A stretch of DNA of 64,000 nucleotides, from contig NC_087437.1 in assembly GCF_036321535.1 (NCBI RefSeq), positions 24,988,001 through 25,052,000 of the forward strand. The letters are read 5' to 3'. The notes beneath the pieces are model-generated. The model was not told the origin of the DNA. It did no database searches and saw only the letters and a program-made list of their open reading frames with translations. The DNA is from Camelus dromedarius. Its lineage: Eukaryota. A program made the translations under genes and the position numbers. Below are positions 1-11,885 of the stretch, in pieces. Each line of letters opens with the position of its first letter. Position 1 is the stretch's first letter.

Positions 1-3000
1 CTTGTAATGAAGTTTAAAATGGGCGTTCTACAGTGAATGCGCCCTTCCCTCACAGCGATTTCCATCAATGTATAATTAAAAGTGGATTTCCTTTTCCTTT
101 TGGGTTGGTGGGAGGGAGGGGCTGGTAAACCTGGTTTAAAGAAGGGGGAACAAAGAGAACTTTCATGAGTTCCCCTGCAAACAGTCGATCAGTTACAATT
201 CCTAGTGTTCGAATGGCTGCACCATTCTAAAGAAGTTCTGGAATTAAAAAAAAAAAGTCAAGCAGGGGGTCCAAGGAGAATTCAGCCCGCATGCCAACTA
301 AGGGAAAGAAAGAAAAAGGCAGGGGGGAAAGCCCTATCTTTTGTTGTAAAAAGAACTAATGAAGCCACTGTTAGAACTGTCCACAGTGACACAACAAGGC
401 TGTACACCCACACACATTGTTCGAGTGCCAGTCATCCCCCGTAATGGGAAAAGGAAATGCTGTGGCTTAAAGGAGGTGGCGGAACACAGTGCTTTTGGAG
501 TTCTAACTTGGGAAATCTTGGTAAGGGCACACTTTGGCTGGTGTTAGCTCCCAGAAGTTAGGGCGAAAATGCATAAGGTGGTCTACTTCGGTCTTAAAGA
601 AGAGATGGACTGGTGGGGGGTAAAATCCCATTGTCATTATAAAGTGCTAATTAAATAATTATCAATTAGTTGGCAGACAGAACTCATTCCAGTGTATTCC
701 TTGGAGAGCCGTTAATAAAGAAAAACAGTAATTTTGGCTTTTTTCCCTGTACAATATTCTTGCCTAGAGGTGCTAAATAGAGATAATATGTAATATATTC
801 TACGTTGGCTGCTTCACATAAGCTCTTATACATTATTGATCAAAGATAAATATCAATTACAGCAAGTAAACACGAATTTCCATTATACTAGTTCCATGGC
901 ATTAATTTTACCATACTAACTAATCGACTGCGTCATTTTTCAATGAATAGGTGATATAGTATTTATTTTCCAGTAAAGGAAAAAAATCCCAATACAAAAT
1001 TTTCTAAGATATCATATAGAAAGTATTTGGGAAAGCAGAATGTCAACTGATGTTAATTTCAAAATCAGAGATTGTCTCTGCATTTTTAATGGCAAAATTT
1101 TATTTAAATTTTCCAGGCATATTCATTCATAAATATTACACAGATGATTTAAAATTGTCATTTTAAAATATAATTAGGGAAAAAAAGAAACACTCAGAAG
1201 TAAAGAAATATATATTATATATGATATATAGGTATTCATACATAAAACAAAAAGTAAGTAATATTTGCATAATATATGTTAAAATATTATATATATCCGT
1301 GTCTATCTATCTAGTTTATCTATATTCTTTGTTGTAAATTTACGACTTACAAGGATAAGCACTTGTAAGGTCCTCAGATTTTACAAGTGAAAAATCATTG
1401 TTTGCTTTTCAGGAGATAGGATTCTTTTTTTTTTTTGAGGCTCAGATCAGGGCCCTACACAGAAATAAAACCCAAGGAATATAATATCTGGGAAGATGGA
1501 AGTCAAATTCCAAAGGAATTCAATCACATTTAAACACAAATAAGCTTGTAGCAGTCCTGTTATACACATTATATATGTGGATCATGTCTCCCTTTGTAGA
1601 GAGATGTGAAGCTCTGAACCTCTCCAGCTGTCTTCTCTATAAACCATGAATTTGAGAAAGATTGCAAATGTACCAAAAAATTTAGAAAATTCATTAGCAT
1701 ATTATGGATAACAATTAATAAGCAAAAATAAATTCATTTTAGTAACTATTGAGAAAAACAGTTTTTTCTTTCTACTGTGATATTTTCCACTGCAAATCTG
1801 CATAAAGTTCCATTTTATTATGAAAATAATAACATTTTAAAGATTGACTTTAAAACCATTTCTGTGCAGGTGACAGCCATCTTGATTACACAGACCCAGC
1901 CCTCCTTATTATTTTAGTAATTACCTCACAACAGGTTTAAAAAAAAATGTGTCTTATCACAGCCTGATGCCTCTTCTAGACAATAGTTTGCTTGGGAGGA
2001 CTTGGAATCAATTGACATCTCAAAATCTTAAAAGATCTTCATTACGGCAAAGTCCTTAATTTGATTTACTTTAAGGACTCCTTAATGGTTGAAGGTCCAC
2101 ACTGTATTGTTTTATTGAATTCTTGTTCCTGGTTCAGGATTGATCCACTTCAACCTTTCAGCAGGGAGCAGCTTTCTGGGGAGTCTCAGCAGGGTTCCAA
2201 ATCGATGAGGTTAATAGATGTGGGGCCACGCGGTCAGAGGTGATACAGCTGGCAGTTCTGATGCCAATGAAGACAAGTTCTGATGTCGCTTTTATACTGG
2301 CAACTTTGTCACCTGATTACCTGGCCCATGCAGGTGTTCTGTGTTAACAGGACAGTGAATGGTCCATTAATCTGAATTATCCCCCTTAAGGGAATCTAGT
2401 TCCAAATTTTTCTTTTTTTTACTTGTCTTTAAATTTCTGGTCTCCATGTTTTCTAAGATATCAGCTGCTTCCTTGATACAGGAAATAGTAGTGTTCAGCT
2501 CTTTTTTGTTACTTTAGGACTTCCAGCAACAGAGGATAGCTCCATAAAATGGTAGCCCCCAAAATTGGAAGGCATTTTGTCTAAAAAATGTGTGTTTGAT
2601 AAAAGGAACCTTATCTAAAGAAGGGGTTTGTAATAGCAAAATCTGAAAGAGGCCACACAATCTAGACAATCTTATGTTTATCCAGTAGTCTGTATAAAGC
2701 TACATGAACCACGAGCTCGTTAAACAAAGAATGGATAGTCAAGTTTTGTTCTCCTGTACTCTTAAGTCTTCTCTTTAGGAAGCCAGTAGAAAGGTAGCAG
2801 TCCCATCCAAAATCTATGAAAATGTACTTCTTACAGACATCCCACTGGGACTCAAGCAACTGACTCAAGAGAAAATAGATTCTTTTCCAAATGCTTCAAA
2901 TAAATATGCTGATGAATACATACATGTAACAAAGTATTAGTAGTAACTTGAAAAATTTGCCCATCGGTCAGACAGTGCACATTATTTCATATAACCGATG

Positions 3001-5924
3001 CTGATTTTACTGTACAAAATAAGGAAAATTCCTTACCATCATGTCATTTGCAGAAGGATCTGTTTGACTATTTCCTCCTTTACAAAGTTTATTGATTTAT
3101 TTTTTTAGAGGAAACAAGCCAAATCCAGTGAACAATCTAAAGTCTTTAATGCCCCAAGAATTTCCTTGACAAACTCTATGGTGTTCATATATTCGTCTTG
3201 GATATATTCAACTTTATGTTCCATCATTGACTGATTTGCCATAGTCTTAAAATAAAGATGTATGAGTGCTAAATCAGGAAACAGCAGATAATAATTATTA
3301 TCCTGTTCAGACAAATTTTGCCCGTGGAGACAGAATGTCCATTAGCACAGTGAAACCACAGATTGAATTACGGTTTTCTGTTTATTGTCCCCCATACTCC
3401 TTAAATCTGTTAAATAGTAAAACATCTTAGATTAACTTGAACATTCTTCAAGTCTGAAGGAAACTAGATTTCTTTAAATTGCACTGGGAGATTCTTTGTT
3501 AATTGAGTTGTAATCAGTCAGTATTGATCACCAGCTCTTTCTTTTGTGATGAGGATGTTAATGATGATCCTGGTGATGCTAATGTAATGTGCACACAAAA
3601 TGATGGAAATGTGTTCTGTTCATCTGAAGAGGATGTTTTTATGCCAAATGTACATCGGTTTACGTGGTGGCCTTGAAATAGCCAAGAAAAAGGCAGAAGC
3701 AAACATTCTCGGCTTTCAATTAGTACAAAAGGAGAAATTTCCTTAACCTGAAATTACCTTTTCCATTTTCATGTTTGAAATGCTAGCCAAGCCTGTCTTA
3801 ACTGAAATTGTTGAGGATAAATACCGTGATTTTTTTCCCCCAATACATCTTATACTTATCTTCCAGGAGTAAAGCAGTTCTTTTGCCAGTTGCACATTTT
3901 TAAAAATCATGTCTAATTTGAATAAATTAACATATTCTGTCATCAAAAGTTAATTCTAAAAAGGGAACGATAACCAGGAAAGCAATTTAATTGTGTATTT
4001 TATAAGAAAAGAAGGGGGGAACACTTTATCATTCACAGGACGGCTCAGTTAATTTGATGTGTTTTGATGTAAATTTGAGGGTTGCTTTAATTTCAAAACA
4101 TATTTTTTTCACTTAATAAGGGAGACAAAAGAAACTTTCAACCAGCACCTCCAGTTTGTTATCTCAGAATGTTTTGGCTTCTCAAATGTGAGAACATGAT
4201 TGTTTTTATTTCCAGGAGGAGATAATAACACTGAAGCAATAAAAAAGAGTCAAGGCAGCTTGCACAGCACAGGAAGTTCACAGCCAGAGACTTAATTTCT
4301 CACACAATGTGCTGTGCAATGGGCCCATTAACATAGATGAATAGGCTCTTTAAAGGTTTTTTTTTTCCTCTTCTTCTTCCAGATATGCAGCTGCCGCTGA
4401 ATGGTGATATGTTAATAAGGTACTGACTCGCCTATTCTTCAGGTACTCTGGCATTCTCTACCTAGGTAATCTCCATATACCGAAAACTATTAGAGGGTTG
4501 TATCTGCTACCACACCTTCAATTATATTAACACCTGCACTGATAATCCACGTAAGGTAAGCTAGTAGGGGGCCTATGGCCTTAGTCCACCCTTTTTCTCC
4601 CTGCAAAGTTACATCTGAAGGGGGGAAAAAAGGGAAGAAGTAGAAGGAAAAAAAAAAAAAAGGAAAGTCACTTTTATTACACATCAGTGGGAACCTTCTG
4701 AAAAAGCTTTCATGCCTAGGAAATTGTTATTTCTTCAAACAGCTGACAGCCTGCAGAGGAAACTCTTAATGGAAACCCAGCTCCTGCATTGTTATGCATG
4801 GCCCTCATGTAGATTCAGGGGGGTGGATTAAGTTAGCTTCCAAAGGGCCCATTGTGTGTAGCATTAATTTGCAGGGCTCTTGATATTTGAGTTTGAAGGT
4901 TTATAACCTCAGTGTTTACTTAGATGAACTACATCCTTGGTTTGTTTATTTCCGTCTGCAGTCTCTTATTTCTGAGTAAATGTTACATTTATATTTGTTA
5001 ACAGCAAGAATTGTTGTTATAAATCTGAAAGAAATAATTACACGTGCTTACATTCATTCATTTTAAAGCCTCTATCCTGGTCCTCCCAGGCCACTTTTTA
5101 CTATTATATCTGTAGACGATTGTACAGATAAATTCATTTCTCAGGGACATTTATGCCATCCAGTTCAGTAGCAGAGTGAAGACAACATAGTGTGGAATGA
5201 ATGCTTAATCAGAGCTTACCCCAAAACAGTAACTTTCTGTGAAGTTAACATCACTGCCCCTTGTTTCTTTCATGTAACAATATTATAAATACATAGCCCC
5301 CTAAATCTGTGCCATTTTATTCCAGATGAACAAATCTACCAGAGAATCGTTACTGTTTGAATGATTACTTGTAAAGGGTAGGCTACGATTTTGCACTTTC
5401 GAGTATTTTTTAATGTTTCCAAATCGCTATTTGCAAACAACTCTGGGTGATGTTTTAGATATAAGAGCCTTGCAAAAGTCTCATCTTCCAAGATTAAATT
5501 GCAAATTTATATTTAAAAACTTGTTCAACACCACCTCTAACCCTATCCCCTTCCTCCTTTTCCCCCTGGATTGTATAGGCGGTTGCTAACATGAATTTAA
5601 AGTTCAATATGAATGGCTTGGAGGGAAAAAAAAAGACATGCCTATTGGAACTTACTCTGATCTTAATCTGGATTTAGGGACTCAGTTGAATAGAAGTACA
5701 TTATGCTTGAATAACTGAAGTTTCTATTATTTTAAAACCTTTATTTTTTTGTAGAAAACAACACCAACAGCATGTTGAATATTTTATTGGACATTTTCTT
5801 TTTTGGGTTAGTATTTTCAATGTCTTACAGATAATTTAAAGTGTCACTATTCATGGAATTATCCATGGTAGCATTTATATTTAATAGGTCTTGTGATATA
5901 GTGGGGAAATCATTTATTTTCTTA

Positions 5925-6060
5925 AACATCAGAGACCAGGACCCTTGTTCTGGTGCCAAGTACCCTGGGTGGGTCTTTGAACATCTTTGGGGTCTTACTT
6001 TTTCATTTGTAAAAATTAGAATGATAGTATGATTTCTAAGGCAATAAAGTTCTATGATTC
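5925..6060 (+). mobile_element. MIR SINE fragment
   Basis: Degenerate MIR core (ttttcatttgtaaaaattagaatgata...tctaagg...ttctatgattc). Confidence 0.55.
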
Positions 6061-6489
6061 CCACCAAAATACATCACTTCTTAGGAACTCCCCCAAAAGC
6101 TGATATAACTGACTCCCCTACTCTCAATGACTAGATTTGCCAATATTTATGTGTTTCCCAGGAATATACGTATATTTAATACTGTTGCTTATACCCATTG
6201 CTATTTTTTTCACCTACTATCCATTCTTTTTTTTTTTTTAAGTGAAAACTGTTGATTAGGAAATTGTTAGGGAAACTGACAGACTCAGCTGAAAACACAC
6301 CGACTCATGGTAATGAAATCTTGAAGCAAACTTTTAAGCTCTGTTTACACTTAGCCTGGTGATTAATTATGAAAGATGGATCTTATTTACTATTGGATTG
6401 TTTGTTGTTTTTGTTTTCATCATGCAACTCTGCAGGCTGTCTCTATGTATGTGGAAGGAAAATCCATCCGAAAATAGAATTTAACTGAT

Positions 6490-6830
6490 TCGGCAAATAT
6501 TTCTGGAGAACTCATCATATGCCACGTGCTGTGCTACATATTAAGGACAGAGTTACAAACAAGAAAGGAATGGCCCGTGCCCTTGTGTGGATAATCTGGG
6601 GGGCAGTACTGATCATACTGTAGACACAAACAAGTGCCTACTGAATGAATGAAGGCATATATGTATATATGAATGAATGAATAAAGCATACCCTTAGTGA
6701 ATTTATGTTTTCCCTAAGGTAGATAAGATATATAGGTTCAGTTCAGCTCGTATTAACAGTAATTTATCAAACATCTTCTCTGTGCCAGACACTAGGTTTA
6801 GCCTTGGGAAATTAAATACCAGCAAAAGTT
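6490..6830. mobile_element. L2 LINE 3'-end fragments
   Basis: gcaaatattt...atatgccacgtgctgtgcta, tgaatgaatgaa tails, and ctctgtgccagacactagg. Confidence 0.6.
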
Positions 6831-7189
6831 GATATAGCAAGGTGAGAGCATTATATGGACTATGCTCAAATGCTCGCCAATAGATGTCAATTCCAAGTGC
6901 TATTTATAATGTGTGTGGGAGACCTGGCTCATGTGTGCTTCATTTAGTACAAATTTTATCTTGACCCTAAAAGTTGTCATAGGAGTTATATATAAAGTTA
7001 TTACAGTGTGGGGGAAACAACAACAGATAAATACCAGGACCCCAAATGCCACTCATAAGCTGGATAAATGACTCTACGGCTCAGTACACAGTGGCAAAAG
7101 AAGGAAAGAAAGAGGAAACAATTTTTAGTTTTGGCACAGTGATGATAAAAGCGGTAATGATGCCATCGGCTATCTTTTATACTGGACTT

Positions 7190-7385
7190 ACTAACACCAG
7201 ATTTTGTCCTGAGTGCTCTATATGCATGACCTGATGACCTTTTTCTCGTATACCTTGGAAGTGGGCATCATTATCCCCCTTTTACAGATAAAGAAACTGA
7301 GGTTTAGAAGAATGAGGTAACTTGCCCACTCCACAAAGGTGACCAATGGTAGAGCTGGAGTTCAAGGTCAAGTGTTCATGACTTC
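7190..7385 (-). mobile_element. MIR SINE
   Basis: attatcccccttttacagataaagaaactgagg...taacttgccca...tggtagagctggagttcaa is the reverse MIR core. Confidence 0.85.
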
Positions 7386-8316
7386 CCAGTCACTGCGTTA
7401 GTGTTATCCTATCCTCGTGGTCAAATCTCTCCAGATATTTCAGATCTGCTAGTTGCTAACTTTGTTCATTCTGCAGTTCCTTAGGAAACTGCCAGGTACA
7501 GACAGCTTAGTACAAGGACAGCTTTCAGGGCTGCAATTCATCAAAGAGAATTTTGTTAAGATCTTGTCCAAAGTCTAGAAATAGAACTTTTTTCATGGCA
7601 AGAGCTGGAGCAATTTTAGAGGCTTCTAATGGAATATCAAATATAAGTGCTTCTTAAAAGTGTGTATATATATATTTACATATTTATAAAATCATTGCAA
7701 GAATAAGGTGAAGGAGGTGGTAATGATTAAATGGTGGGTTTACGGAACTTGCAAACTGACCTGTTTAGTGAGTAATAACCACATCTCATCGTCATTGCAA
7801 AAAGTGCAAGAGTTTCTAAATCTGAATGAAGAACATAAAGAAATATATGATTCTTTTATTCTCTCAAAAGGCAAATATAATACAAGGAGAGAAAGATGGA
7901 GAAAAGCAGCTGCAGGCAGGCTGGGATTAGATGTCGGATCCACTACTTTGACAACTGTAAAAACATATTTGATCACTGATGTCATTACTGAGATGGCTGA
8001 TAGAATGCAGTGGTTGTGCCGACAGTGCAGTCTTTCCATGCTTCTAGACTTGCCTTTTCTTGTTTATTTTACTCATAAGAACTTGCTATCACAGTTTGTT
8101 TACATTTACAGCCATGTATTGGTAAATTGGTGTCTGTCCAAAGAAAACTGGGACCTAGTTTTAGTTAAAAGTTTTGTTGAAGACAGTAACTTGAGTTCAG
8201 AGCTGCTGCTTCTTTTTTAATCTCAAATAAAACTCAAGTTGGTAAGTTTTATCAGAAGGAAGACATAACAAGTAAATTTCTACTTAGTCATTTCAGGTAC
8301 AAGTGCATGTAAATAA

Positions 8317-8852
8317 TGTTGCCGAAAAACCGGCCTCTGTACCCCGATGGCCAATTTGAGACCTGGAGGCAGAGTTTTGGGAGAATTAGAAAAGAGCAAC
8401 TTTATTGCTTCGCCAGGCAAAGGGGAGTCACAGCAGGTTCGTGCCTCGGAGACTGTGACTCCATCTCAGGGTTGAGGTCCTGAGGTTTTACAGAAAAACT
8501 GGATGGACAGAAAGGCAGCAACAATCAAGGTGTTTTCCGGGGTCCTACATTCTTCTTAATATTGATGAATCCACCTGGCGTCACGGAGACACTCCAGAGG
8601 GTCTGTTCGTTCTTGTGAGGCTATCAGCCCGTGACCACCTTGCTGGAATACAGCTTTTTGGTTAAAGGATTAGCTATTTGGGTAAAGAATCTAGAGAGAG
8701 TGGAGAGTGTAAAAGGCAGTTGAGCAAGTGAAGCAGAGATGGGGGTTTGTCAGAGAAAAGAGAAAAATCGGTTGCAAGAATTTTAAGTCAGAATGCATCA
8801 GCAAACAGCGTTAGCGTCAGGGAAGCCATTTTGTTAGTTTCCTACTCTTTCA
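8317..8852 (-). mobile_element. Solo LTR of an ERV1 (gamma-like) retrovirus
   Basis: TG...CA termini, perfect 4-bp TSD ATAA (8313-8316 and 8853-8856), minus strand starts TGAAAGA, minus-strand AATAAA near 8401-8406, several CpGs retained. Confidence 0.85.
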
Positions 8853-9014
8853 ATAATGAGGTAAGAATACATCTGTGAAGTTTAACAAGTGAGCATATTT
8901 TCCCCTAAACATAACAGAATTTTAAAACATAGTTTTGATTTTTTTTTTTTGTCTCAGTATGATTTAGTTGAAAGAGATGGTGATTTGGTGCCTAATAGTT
9001 TTGAGAAAAAATAC

Positions 9015-9183
9015 TTGCTGTCACAGTTGTGTGGCCTTAAGGCAGTACCTTAATCATTGGGCCTCTGTCTTCCCTTGATGGAGATAAGAATGCCTACCTT
9101 TCAGAGTTATAGTAAATATTCAAGGGAATATGTGTGAAGCATTAAACACAAGGCTGATACTAAGTGTTGAATAGATGGTGGTC
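9015..9183 (+). mobile_element. MIR SINE
   Basis: tgtgtggccttaaggcag...gcctctgtcttccc...aatgcctacctttcagagtt...tgtgaagcattaaacaca. Confidence 0.7.
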
Positions 9184-11836
9184 ACATTTTAGTGACACTA
9201 GAAGTCTGGAAAACCAAGACATCAAGGGGAAAATGAAACAGAAAGATGTGACAGAAAAGGCAATGCAGTCAACAAAAAGATGATTTAAAATACTGACCAA
9301 TAGTGGTTGAGGGAATAAAGACATTAAAAGCCAAAATATTACAAGGTAAGGACATTCAAGAGGAAATTTGTCCATAATCTGATGTTTGGAATTGTGTTTT
9401 CATAAATAAGCACAATGGGAGAGAAGAGAAAGGGGAAAAAAGGAACAATATAAAACTATGGGGAGATTAAACAAAAACAAGAAAATTAGGTTAAATATGG
9501 AACTTTGGCCAAAGAACAGTTGAACAATGCGAAGAGAACAATATACTAAAACAGAAGCCCTGGGAAGTCTGGAAAAGAAAACAAAAGAAAAACAAAGAAA
9601 CATGGGAAAGACAGGAAAAAAAGCAAATAGAGAATAAAGGGTTGAAGTGGACACATGTTCAAGGAAGCAGAACACACACAACTCTGCTTTTAATTTTGAC
9701 AGCAAAAAGAGATCTGCATTGAGCAGACTTACCAGCAGAAAAGGGCACACACGATGCTAGAAAGCAATGATTTTTAAAAATTCTCAAGTTAAAGCAGAAT
9801 GCTGTTTAAGCATGATATATGTCTGTGTTTTAAAACGCATATGAAATTCTGGGTTTGCGGCATCGAGAAATCACTTGATTTTATTACAAATTTACCCAAC
9901 TGGATGTGAGAGGTGAGAAATTTGATTGTTTACTCATTTGCCCAATCAGAGAAGATACATTTTTCAAATTGCAGTTATATCAAAAGATACAGTAGAGATC
10001 TTATTCAGTTTAAAACATCCATAAGTGTCATGTTGCTGAATGGGTAAAATGACAAGAGCAACAAAAATATTTCCAGCCACACACCAAGCCAGCCCAAAAT
10101 TCTTTCGGGAATCTATACCTTGCTGCTACAGCAGAGGAACACGTGTATCTCTACTACAGATCTAAAGGCAAATAGAACTGCTCCTGTTCACTTGTCCTTG
10201 CAAGGAAGTATCTGCTGACTGTTTTTTTTGCTGTTGTTATTTTTTTTCCCCTTAATGCTCCAATTCAAAAACATCACCCCTACCCCCTTTTTAGTTGTTA
10301 AATCTCCCTCTCCTTGTGGCTACATCTTTATGCACCAGAGAAGCTGATCTCATTAACAAAGTAGTTCTGTGCGTCCTTAACACTGAGGCCCGAGACTGCA
10401 GCTGGAGGCAGCTCCCTGCTCAGCCCGCAGTGCAGAGTGACACAGGCAGGCGACATCATCTGAGTCCGAACTTCTACTACGTCCAGACAGACCACGAGAA
10501 CCATTTCCAAATCAGGGCGAGACATCAAGAGAATCAAAGGTAATTCTTCTCTTTCTATATCCGAGTTTTGCAAAAATCAAATATTTTCTTCTGGAGGGAA
10601 CAACTGGGGGCGGGGACAGGTTCAGTGTCAAAACTGATACGCCAGGAAATAAATGTATCAGTTAGGTAGGAGATAAAGTGCAAACACAGAAAGAGAAGAG
10701 ACTGATTTTTTTTTAATGAATGTATCATGCAAAATGAATGAAAGATGTTTAAGATCAATATAAAAAGGGGATATGTCTGTGCAGGTTTTGTTACAAGGGA
10801 ATTAACCTGCGAGCTGATATCTGGTAATAAGAGGAGGAGTTTCTGTCTCACTGGAATCTCCAGGTAAGAAGGGACTTTAGAGATCATCCAGTCTGTCATG
10901 AATGATCACATCTAATACTTTTCTTTTTTTAAAAGGGTAGCTGCAAAGTTTTGGACAAGACCTCTGCAGGCAACCAGAAGCACAGTGTACCCAGGTGGTG
11001 GGTCTCGTCTGGGGCAATATATTTTTCTGTCTGTCCAATCGAATATATGGCTGTAAAGGGAATAAAGCCCCATATAATCTCCAGCAGTGACAATTTAATC
11101 AGCTGTATAAGGGGAAGGAGCAGAGTCCTCTCATTTTCATATTTGCATATTTGATTTTTGCATTGGGGAATAGAGGCAATGTTTTCCTATTACTTCCCAT
11201 TCGATTTTAATATTTAACCCTTTTATGAGCCAATGTTTACAGGGTAGGAAATATTGAGTCAGATTGGTCTAAAAAAAAAAAGATTTCATTTCTGAAATAA
11301 AGCACTTGATGCAGCATGCTTTGTGTAAGATTTTTCCCTACAAAGAATCTATGTGCCAAACACGGCTTGCATGCTCCCAGCTTCTGCACGTGATGCAGTC
11401 TCTATTAACATGCAGAGATCCACCCTGAAAAGGAAGGCAACTGTTTGGAGAACAATGCAAAATGATGAGGACTATACCATAATATGTCCCCTTTTTTGTT
11501 AAAATTTCTTAAAATGGTACGTCTTAATACCTTGCCTCTATGTCTGAGAAAGTCGGGTTTCTAAAAATACCTTATATACATAGGAATCGCTTTTTATGAG
11601 GTTATAGAGGAGCAGTAAATACAGTTAAATTAGTAAAACTCCATTGTTTTTACAACTAATAGAATGATATTATTGCCCATAATGTAGTAACAGATTAGGG
11701 AATAGATTTTAAGATAAATAAGATGCAAGTAATTTGAAATCATCAGTTACCCTTGTGTGACTCCCATGAGTATATTAAAAATCTACTCAAAATGGTGTTG
11801 GATTTGAATTACTGAAACATGGATAGCTGGGGGTTT

Positions 11837-11837
<1 letters not shown>

Positions 11838-11885
<48 letters not shown>
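11838..11885. repeat. (TAT)16 microsatellite
   Basis: Perfect trinucleotide run; it explains the poly-Tyr ORF at 11835. Confidence 0.98.

Noticed and set aside
7708..8220. Longest ORF (170 aa) and its antisense 99-aa ORF
   Set aside because: GTG start, no recognisable domain, no clear splice boundaries; consistent with chance in 64 kb.
9400..9750. Hydrophobic Phe/Leu-rich 116-aa minus-strand ORF
   Set aside because: It is the reverse complement of an A/G-rich low-complexity tract, not a membrane protein.
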